Origin: Balanoglossus misakiensis
Taxonomy: Eukaryota > Animalia > Hemichordata
Assembly (NCBI GenBank): GCA_040954595.2
Contig: CM082578.2
Span: 7,239,519-7,303,518, forward strand
Direction: 5' to 3'
DNA: 64,000 bases
In this document: piece by piece, positions 12,801 through 23,563 of the stretch
Position numbering within the stretch: position 1 is the stretch's first letter
Layout: each line of letters begins with the position of its first letter
Made by a program: the position numbers and the translations under genes
The notes under the pieces: model-generated
What the model was told of the DNA's origin: nothing
Seen by the model: only the letters and a program-made list of their open reading frames with translations
The model's database searches: none

Positions 12801-15800
12801 CTTGCGACGTGATCAGTCTATCTGCGTGCTCCGATTACTGACGGGGCTGTTCGCAGCGACGGTTGCAGCTCGAAAATAGTCGCAGAGTCTTGTCGTCGCT
12901 TTGAAATAACAGTATCGTATGATAGGTGTTTGTACCCCTATCGGGCGAAGCTGATGAAAAGTTTTACGATTATGTCGGTGCGTCGAGGAAGGCAGGCCAG
13001 TGAAAAGGGGGTCTGGTCAAGGTTAACGCGTCAAGTAGTGTCGAAAATTGAGGTTGTTTTCACCGAGAGGTACAGGTGTGGGAACGCCTTTGTACGGTTT
13101 TGGTTCACGAGGTATTAAAACTTGATGAAGTCTTCTCAAATGCAGAAAATCGGGCCGGGTAAGTGGCTAATGAAATGGAGGTGTAGCTCCAAAGAAGTGG
13201 GCCGTTGTTCGCGGAGTTTATTGCAAACAGGTGTCTTGCTGGGACCCTGTATTTTTTTTCCATCAGGTGATCCCCTGAAACACGCAGAGTTGCATAAAGG
13301 TGTTTGACTTCGGACAAAAATAATTGGGAGTTGGTACACATGTTTTTTCTACCAAGGACAGACAGCCAGGTCAGTCACCTTGAATGAGGTGATAAAACGA
13401 TAATGTGTGCGTGTGTGAATTTTGCCACCATCCTGTTTCGAAAGGTGAAAAAACAACAACAAAGAGAGCGACGCACTAAAAGAGTAAAAAATAGAGATGG
13501 ATGTAAAATTATGTATCAAGGTGTCAGGCCAAGAATTTCAAGGTTTAACAAGTCTTGAGGCAAAGTTGGAGTGTATTGCTTCACGGTGCGGTGCATTGGG
13601 ATCAAAGAGAAATTGAAATATGGTTGCACTTCGAAAGAATATTTTGGTTTTCAGGTGTGAAATACTTAACCACCGGAATTTTTGGTGTGTTAAGGTTGTA
13701 TGGTTCCTGGAGGGAATAAAATTGATTTAGTATTTGAAGGCAGGACAGAGCTGTATATGTTCAGAATGTTTGTTTGAAAGAAAATAAGTTAGGGCTGATA
13801 AAACGGGGAGTGTGCTTTCATGGGCTAGTGGCTCTCAATGTGTAACCTTTTCTGGTCGGTTGGTTGGTGGGGTCTTTTACAAACAGCTGCACACACAGGC
13901 GAGGAGGGAAGGAGTTGTTATTTTCGACAATCAATCACCCCTGGTCCTGGTCATAAAACGGTACAAATAGCAGTCAACGGTGCATACACCCACTGATATT
14001 ATGGCAGACTCTGAATGCACCTTCCACAAGTGCCCTACATAATGTCACCCTGCAGAAGTCAAACGCGCTTTGGGGTGTTGTTATTTCTGTCGTGTTTGCG
14101 TGCCCCGCAAATTGTCGCTAATCCACTTGGCCTCTCCAGTCCGGGCTTTAGTAAATCAACCAATATAGTACTATTATACCGCACGGAATTTCAACTCCAT
14201 ATGGTTTCTCGTTTCAAAACGCATTTCCTTTTTCTCTCTCCTCCCATGCAAGGCTAGCATATGTTGCCTGTCAGCTTGCGCTCACAAGGACAATGGCTTG
14301 CCACAAACTCATAACAGAATGTCGTGTAAACCAATTTAGCATCAATAATACTGCGGGGTCCTTTGATATGAAATATTGATTGCACCTGACAATGCTTGGA
14401 CATGATCCTACGCAAACAAACTTTGGGTTTTTGCAAATGGCAGCCCATTAAATTGGAGCTGTCCACATATTTTGGAGATATCTACCCAAAAGTAGAACGT
14501 ACACCAATGCGATCTGTGTTTACCGGTATAAAATGTGTTTACAAGGAACGTGTTTACAGAAATGCTGGCTGGAGCGGCACGTTTGGTTCGGTTGAATTTA
14601 TTGCCAAGTCTAGCGGTGGTGTGAAGGTCAAAGTATACTTGGCCCAGACTGACCTTGACTTCAGCTGACACACAGTCATTTACCACAAAATGTCAATATA
14701 TCTATTTGTCAGTTCTTCTGTGTCTATTGACATAATAGTTCAGAAACTATGCTACAGAGTCTGAGGAAGTATACTACATTGAAAATGTGTCTCCTGACTA
14801 CAGAGGGCGCTGCTAGCAAAACTCGGTTGGCATGGTAGCCCGACTGTGCCAGTACAGTACTTGAAGTGTCACCAAATTTTTATCTAACCATTCTGTTTTT
14901 TCTCTTTTTTTCTTTCCATGTTTTCTTTTGTGATTGGATGTTTTGGCTTGGCTGATCTTCACTTAACCCTACAATGACTTTGCTTTGCAATGCAGGTAAG
15001 TTTATTGAAACTTTTGGACTTTCAGTGGCCAGTGTTCTTTTGGAGTCCGCTTTTTACACTCATGGTTATTTTGTTTTGTTTTGTTTCTTTTTTAATCCCA
15101 TTGTCCATCCCAACTGGTGGGGTTTTGTTGAAAAAAACACCACCATATGGTTCGACAGTGGATGGTCTCATTACTTGAGATCTGCATTGACCTGTAGTCG
15201 AGAATCAAGCTGGGGTTTTAGGCTCTGCCAACCTGTATCCCATGGTTACCAGAAACTGAAAATGCCATGCTAGATTCTAGACTGTGGCTTGCAAGTATGC
15301 AGCACATGTCATTACAATTCCTTCGCCATGTAACGTATGTATTGGCTGGTGACAATTAAATTGGACGAGTGAATTCGGTACTTTTTCTAACAAAAAAAGG
15401 GAAAATTATCGATAGAACAATCAGAAAAACATCACCGCATTGTGTCATCCTTCATCCGTTGCCACGCCAACAGATGTCGATTGGACGCTGGTTCATGCAT
15501 GCGTGCGGCTCTGATTAACTTGGCTCAGTAGCCATATGTTTGCAGAACCTTCTCTTTGCCCAGATAAGTTTGCCATCAGCAGTTTGTGTTTTCCAGAAAT
15601 TAATTTTCTGAGCTCCCCGGGTCGGGAAACCTCGCAAGACACAAGCGTGGAACTTGTGAGTTTTCTCTCCCAGTATCATTATGACTTTGTTTCGGGTTGG
15701 GTAAATATCGCCAAGTTATTTTCTGTTGTACATGTAATGTTTCAGCACTCAAGAGTCTGTTGTTCGATAAGCGCAGTTTCATAACACAATGTGCTACACT

Positions 15801-16089
15801 GTGGAACTTTCAGTCTTGGACGTGACTGAAAATGCGATGTGCTGGGCTGCATCGTAAAATAAACATTTATTTCATATTTTATGAGAAAATGAGAAACCTC
15901 GACAACTAGGAATTTTTATGTCTGTTCTTTCAGACCTTACAGTTATGATATCAAGTTTTATGTATTCAATTGAAAAGCATAGTGACTCAAATATCCAGTG
16001 CTATTCTGATTCAGCGATGTCAAGTTTTTTTTTGGTTCTGATGAAGATGCAGAACACTAAGCATGCGTTTTCAGCAGACCATATTAAAT

Positions 16090-16516
16090 CAGCATTGCAC
16101 ATTGAAATGTAACACACAGTTGAATATTCTAACTGCATGTAATGATGCCGTCCGTTTTACGAGGTGCTAAGGTCTGCCATGCATCAAGTTTATACATATA
16201 TATGATAATAGCTGGATATAGATTCGGGCGTTCTGACAACTTGATAGTTTTACCAAGATTTATAATTATGAGTTTTTTTGACAAGCTCAATAGACTGCGC
16301 AATAGACAGCATTGCACATTGAAATGTAACACACAGTTGAATATTCTAACTGCATGTAATGATGCCGTCCGTTTTACGAGGTGCTAAGGTCTGCCATGCA
16401 TCAAGTTTATACATATATATGATAATAGCTGGATATAGATTCGGGCGTTCTGACAACTTGATAGTTTTACCAAGATTTATAATTATGAGTTTTTTTGACA
16501 AGCTCAATAGACTGCG
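16090..16516. repeat. Direct tandem duplication, 2 x 210 bp (16090-16299, 16307-16516), period 217
   Basis: The copies read identical by eye. The ORF track gives the same peptide twice (16129..16332 and 16346..16591). Confidence 0.95.
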
Positions 16517-19500
16517 ATACAACACGGTGATGTCGTAAATAACTTCATAAAATGATGTCCAGCGACATTTTATGAACTTGCCTAGTAACATTCTGGTACC
16601 TGATTAGAAAAGCTTAGCTGATAAGATCGAGGTACGGTAAATGGGGACTATGATATGAGAATTCACAATGCCTGCTTAAAGGCCTATCTGCTTTCAATCG
16701 ACAAAGAATGAGCCCCATCTGATGAATAATTATGAATTTGAGTCAACACTGGCGGAAATTAAAAGGGTCCCAGCTAAACGAGACAGGTAGTAAAATTGAC
16801 AGTTTGACTGTATAGCAAAGCCTAATAAAACAGTAGATTGCTCTCGCCGAGCAGAATGCATGAGAGATATTACATTAAAATGTGGGAGGATCGGAATACA
16901 AATGGAGTTGTCACAGATCTGGTATCGGCATGTACCATCAGCATCGAGTGTAATAAGATCGCGTTCAGGATCTTTGATGCAATTTGAGGGAAAAAAAACA
17001 AAATTAGAGTTCACGTGAACTGAGGAGTCGGCAGCGTACAAAGCTGGTTGGTTATTTGACCTTTTCGTTTGCTGCTGTGCGTATTTTGTTTACACATATT
17101 CACCACTGTGTGCCCGATTATTTTCATTTGACGAGAGAGATTTTTATCTTTCCTCTGAATGAATGTGCCAAGTTTACTTTTTAAGCGTGGACATCACCTC
17201 TGTCCAAGAGTGCAGAAGCTTATAAATGAAATAAATTTTGCAATAATGAGTGCGAACCACGAGTGGAAAATGATGGAAATATATTCATCGCGATATGTGG
17301 TTGGAAGAATCATAAATAGAAAGAATAGCAAAAAAAATTGGTCATTAAAATCAATGAATCTGTTACCGTCTGCGCTCTGTGCGTAATCTTGTTAGTTTAA
17401 CAACCGTGTTTCAAGTGATCCAATTCATTACATCTCTTGTAATATTGACTTGGTAAAGTTTCAATTTGTTTTGCTGTAATCCGTGGGATGTATAAGAATC
17501 ACAAAAAAAAGATTTGTTTTAAAAAGTGCGCACCAGGTATCAAGAGAGTTCATTAGAAGAATGAACTTCCGCGCTCAGACGCAGGAATTATTGGCACAAT
17601 TTGCTAATATACGCATCCTTTTGGGACACAGGATTTTTTTTTCTGAGACTGGGTGCCTCTAGTGAGTTTATAGACACCTGACTTAAAAGTCAAAATGCAA
17701 TTATAAATCCTTAAGTTTAAATTGTGCGATTGTAATGGCCATCCTTTCTTCAAATTTCCTTTTGTCCGTGTTTGATTATTTGCGTCTCCTGTAACGTGAT
17801 CAGGATTGCACTGAAATTAACTCCTCAAAAATTGGTCAGATTGCTTTTATTTTTCTCATAAAATAGAATATTGAACGTGAATGAAAAGAAAAAAGGGAGG
17901 GGTGACCAAGCAACTGAAGTGTAATCAGAAGTGTTGTCTGGAGAAAAGAGATTTCTTCAACTCAATTTAATCTGAGAGAAAGTTTAGATGAGATAATCCT
18001 CTATTACAATTCTTCAGAAGCGAGAGTCGGGGATTTGGGGGCATTACTCAATTTGATCTCTGTGTTAAACTGTCGTGAACTTTTTCTCGTACAATCAAAG
18101 TAATCCCGGGCAATAAATGCCACTGTCACACTATCAATGTATTTTAATACTGACTTATCAATAGATTCAATCTGCGCCAGGAACTTTCTTTGGATTCTTG
18201 CCGTAATGAGCTTTTCTCCAGTTATGTGCTTTATTTAAGAGAATGGGGGAGAATGTTGCAGGAGTGGGATTTACAATTAGCCGGCTGTTAGGGCCACACC
18301 TGGGTCCATCACCAGCCTATTTAATGCATGGCTGCGTTTCACAATGTATGCTTCATGTTCGATGGCTCAGATAAGCTCTGCGCCGGCTATTATGAAACTG
18401 CCGGTCTGCCCAAATTTGAATGATATTTATTCACATCTAATGAAGCAAGGCGGTGTATACTGCCATCCTCTTTTGTTGGAGGGTGTCAAAACTCGAGAAA
18501 TCCGCCGGCCTCCTCGAGTCTCGCGTTTGAATGGCGAAGAAAAAGAGTCGGACGTCATCCCCGCCCGCGTTTGTTAAATGCCATCATTTACTCGGAGATC
18601 ACCGGTAAACATGTTAGCTTTGACCTTTTTGTCTCTGCTTGTCACACGTTGGAGTCGTTTCAGTGGATTTTAATACAGCACGCAATTTCACTGTCTTTGG
18701 CGAGTTTCCTCCTGCTCAGAGGTTGACTCACTCCGACGGAGGGCTTCCGTTAATGTGTATATTAGAGCGGAGATCACAGCTGGAAAGTGGTTTGCAAAGT
18801 CTCCTCGGGTTGACCCGCCGCGACCCCATTTACACAAATTTTTTTTTTGCTGTGTTTTTTGTCAACGATGATTTCCTTTTCAGTCCGATAAATTAGAAAA
18901 GTGTACACTCAAATGATGACTATCTTGGTATTAAAACGGAACTGATCAATGAGTCTGTGACATCACAATGATGGATGAGTCAAATCTCAATCAAATATTG
19001 CTTTTAAATTTTTTATTGGTATTGATAATACACTTAGAAATATTACTTTCATTTTATTTATTGCAGTAACTTGTCCTAGGTTACATTACATGGCACTTAT
19101 ATTGTTTTGGTGTACATAATGATAATGTCACATGATTCTTTTAGTTGCGCCGTGTGTAAGGAGAAGGTTGGGGAAGAGTAGAAAGAAATGCTTTTACAGC
19201 AGAGAAAGAAATTTCCAAGCATGAGCACTTGGGTGGAACATCTATCTAGTAGTAAATTTCATTCCAGTGCCAGGGCAAAAAAGAAGTTGGTGCTGTTAAT
19301 GAATTCCGAGTCTGCTGGCACGATTTTAAATGCGGCGTTTTTCAAGAAAAAAAAAACCCAGCCCAAGTACAAATGTAGCTGAAACATCAAGAGTAATAAT
19401 CTTGATGCGGTAGTGCCTGGCAGAATACAACTGTAATCAATGGCTCACACCCCAGGCTGTAGATTAATTGCATATATATGTATATAAGAAACAGAAAATG

Positions 19501-19660
19501 GCGGCTCCTTGTCAAGACGATGGGTGAATCAGCTGATGAGTATTGATTTACTAACGTTTATCACAGAACGAGTGTGCTTCGTCTGTGTCATTGCTAATCT
19601 GCCAGAAAAATCCTCAGTGTTTCCGATGTTAGTCTGGTTTTACAGGGACCGACTGACTTG

Positions 19661-19705
19661 CTGCATTTTACTATGCACTTTTGAAAGGTGCATAGTAAAA
19701 TGTAG
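19661..19705. repeat. Near-perfect 45-nt inverted repeat (hairpin)
   Basis: CTGCATTTTACTATGCACTTTT-G-AAAGGTGCATAGTAAAATGTAG; 20/22 Watson-Crick pairs. Confidence 0.85.
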
Positions 19706-21764
19706 GCCAAGACAGCCCGATAAGACATTAGTGAGGATCTGGACAGTAATCGACCTTTGGTGTCAATCAGACAAAGATTCCAACTTCTGTACAGGCTACT
19801 GTAAATAGTACATCCTGAGATGGAAAAGCTATACGTCCCGCACGCTGTCCTTGTCAAGATAACCCTGCATCTCGTCTCTCACCGACTGCTTAAGTTACGT
19901 TTATTTTTAAAAGGCGCAAGGTGAATATTCTTCGGCGGTTTCACATTTTACGGAAAGATCAGAGAGTTCAGTTTATGTTTGATCTGTTTACGGTGACTGA
20001 CTGGATCTTGAGTGTATGCAAGGGAACGATCGCTGTGAGTGGTGCGTCAAGATTTAAACACAGTGTCAGCTTCTGTTGTACGGATCTGTCAGACTTCTGG
20101 GTACATAGATGTGTATTTTCCAACGCTTGAATATACACAGAGAAAAGTGATATGATCAATAACTTAGCAAACTCTTTGGGCGAGAGGACAGGACAAGAAA
20201 GACACACTCAGCCAGAACATGCATTGTTGCATTAATTTTAAATAATGTTGCATATATACATGTAGTCATGGCGAGCATGTGTCGTGCGCTGAAGAAAAAA
20301 AATAGTAGTGTACCGTGGTCAATAGAGGACTTAATCAATATTGCACAAAAATACCTGCAGCAGATCTGCAGCTAGCCCCATTAATGCCGGAAATATTGAC
20401 CTAGTATCGGTACGGGAGATGCTAGGCATTACCTTGCCTGCTCTGATATTAAGGCTGATGTTATCTGAGGCAGCCCCTTTTTGTTTTGATTAAAATTTCG
20501 AGATAAGACGCCGGAGCCTGGGTGTCTTCTAGATTTACGGAGAGATTTGTCTGGCGAGGCAGGGTTTGATTTCACGTTTCTTAGGATGATACGCCCAATC
20601 TTGAGCGGCATATTTTGTTTGCTTGTACACGGTCGCACCACGCTGGTCGTTGACGGTAGATGTGCAGTGTGCTTGGTAGAAAATTCGGACCTGACCTCAG
20701 ATTTGAAGTACAGTGTATGTCCGTGTAGTGTGGGTGGTCGCGGTCTTACCGAGCTTGATAAGTTAAATCAGTGAAATTTGACGAAAGCAAAAAAAAAAAA
20801 AAATGTGAGAATTTTGCAGTGATATACTCACCGGAAGTATGTGAAGCGCTAAGATTAAATTAAGGGTTACTTAGCAATGTAACCGTGCAGGAACAAGCAC
20901 AATTGACACAACTGGAAACTGTGAGGATATTAAGAGAAAACCCAGGGATTTCCGAGTCATAATTGCCGTTTTTTAATAAAAAATGGAACGTAATGAAGTT
21001 CACGCAGATGTGTCACTGGCGAGACAGATAAGTTGAATGAAGGAGGAAGTTGCAAAATATGGCGTGACAGATATCAATTTGGTTAGATTGATGAAATTCT
21101 GATCGTGCGGCCCCCATGGTTTGCTACTAGTATACATAGTTACAGGGGGAATTACCCACAATTCCTGGGCAGATCGCGGATGCCTGTACATCCCCCTGTG
21201 CCAAATGAAGTGGAATTGCATTGAAGATGAGCCGACTGCTGCATTCCTCTGCCTCCACTGGAAGAAAAAAACATTAAGCTTTTTTTCCCCCGGTGGCTTT
21301 GAATATAGATGTTTCAGTCTTCGTCCCTGGAAGGGCTGTGAAATTTGTTGTTTTCCCACCAGACGGGGGGAAAGACGATGTCCGCCGAGGGTGTCCTCGG
21401 AGAGCAATGATTGGAGAAGCCCTAGCCTCAACGTCTGTCAACACCTGCAGGATCTGAATTTTTTGAAGGCTGATGCAGTTCAAATGCCAGCCTTCGCAAA
21501 GAGATGTTACCTAGGCAGATGTTGTTTTCTCACAGGGAAAGGTTAAGCCAAAAGTCACGTTTTGGGATAGTTTGATGATTTTCTCTCAGGAAACATCGGT
21601 GTGCAATGATAGAACTGATGATTTAGAGATGAGAGTGACAATCGGTCTTCGAAGCCAGCCATGCAAGTACAGTGGAATCTTCATGTTAGTTTTTCTCAGA
21701 TTTGTATGTGTAAACCTTTTAATCACATACACATGTATGTTTAGTTATGGGCTAAATATAAGTA

Positions 21765-22749
21765 CAGTAAAACCTGTTTAAACCGAACACCAAAGGGACT
21801 GAAGAAACTGTTTGGTTTGCAGAGGTGTCCGGTTAATAGAGGTTATCACATACATAGCTCCGCATATACCACAGTATGACGTCAGACGTAGGTAAATTTG
21901 CACCAAGCGTTATTGTAATACCCATCCCTCTGACGTCACCAAACGGAACTATTTTAAACTTGTAAACAAAGTCCTCTTAGGGCGACAAAATTCAGTGCAA
22001 TTGTTGGTTTTATTTCGATATTAAAAATAAGCAAAGATAAATATAATGTTTCGTATGTGTAAATATGGACGATCGACGATTAGTTTTACCTGTGTACATT
22101 TTTATCGCACCAAAACTCGCGAGGTCGTCAGTGCTGAGCCAATGTAGTCACGTTGTCAAACGAGCGACAGGTACAAAACTGAGTATTCGCAAAAATTTTG
22201 ATGCGACGATTAGAGCAAAACGGTCTAGTCATAAAGCAAAAGGCATAAGAAAGGTTTCCTGCTCCAGTGAAACCTTGACGGACGATGAAATCCAGCTGAC
22301 GCACGACAGATGGGTCCTCGCCAAAACCAGAATCGTCCAGGTCGTGACCTGAGTCACCTGACAGATAGACCGAATAACATCGATCTTCAATTTTGCACAA
22401 AATAGTTCCAAATTTTATCGCAACCACAAAGAGATTTATTTGAAAATCAAAATTAGCGGATCTATGTATGTGATAAACATATAATTCCCCCGTATTCCTC
22501 ACTCGTGTACCTGCGTCGCGAACTCGTGATTCCCCGTATAGCTGTATCCCTCCTCGCCTGCGGCTCGGAGGGATACGGCCGCTATACGGGGAATCACTCG
22601 TCCGCGACGCAGGCACACTCGTTCGAAATACGGGGGAATTATATATAATTTTATTTCACATGTGGTTCTGTGTCAAAGGTACAGGACAATGCGTTCCGTA
22701 TAGACAGGTTTTCAGATTAGACATGGTTCGGTTTAGACAGATTTTACTG
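21765..22749. mobile_element. Tc1/mariner (pogo-like) MITE, ~180 bp of own sequence, interrupted by a nested 806-bp element
   Basis: 24-bp TIRs CAGTAAAACCTGTTTAAACCGAAC / GTTCGGTTTAGACAGATTTTACTG (22/24 match), flanked by TA at 21763-21764 and 22750-22751. Confidence 0.85.
21843..22648 (+). mobile_element. Non-autonomous interspersed element, copy 1 (asymmetric inverted repeats plus large terminal hairpin; family unassigned; strand arbitrary)
   Basis: Near-identical reverse-complement copy at 29403-30207, with sharp shared boundaries (TTATCACA...ATATATAA). 21-bp IR at 21843-21863 / 22456-22476; hairpin at 22479-22644. It sits inside a MITE. Confidence 0.88.
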
Positions 22750-23461
22750 TACATTTATAGTTGCATTGTGTACAAAATCTACATTTGTAAGGCTAACTCA
22801 ATGAAAATTAATTTATGGATATGAAAGTACACCCACACATAGTATGAACATATACCTGTATGTATTTTGTACAATGAACATACAAATGTACATGTGTGCA
22901 TGCATGTGTGCGTGCATATATAATGTTTGCATATTGTACATACATAATGGAGTCTAATTATTAATCCGATGTGATTTCGATTAGGCGTGCATAATCAAGA
23001 GATAATGGGCAGTTGAACGAACGGACTTGTACAGACACACGTACGCACACAGTGTGATGGTGTACGTCCTTCCTCCTTGATAGGGCCACTGGCGTACATG
23101 TACTTACAATATGATTAACATGATATTGAGCGGCACTACAAAGGCGAATATAAACTGCCAAGCAATCTTCCTCTTTTCAAGATACACACTTAATCCAGCT
23201 ACTGCAGATACACTTTCTTCTTCTTCTTCGATCTCTCTCCGTTCGGAGAAATAAGGGCTAGTGCCCACACACTCTCGATATTGCCTACAAGTACAATGAT
23301 GCATGTAGTTACCTTTGGAGACACGGTGGCTGCCTCATGCATCAAAAAAATTGTACGTTCAATTTGCCCGGATTGGGCTTCCTGCCTGGCTTGTCACTCA
23401 AGACATTTACCCCTGACCGCCACGAAGATGTACAACTTCAACCCCGTGAACAGGCGCAAAG

Positions 23462-23563
<102 letters not shown>

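Noticed and set aside
22128-22616. 162-aa ORF, and its 140-aa twin at 29390-29812
   Set aside because: It lies in the repeated element and runs through the GC-rich palindrome. The frame is broken differently between copies, and there are no transposase, recombinase or RT motifs.
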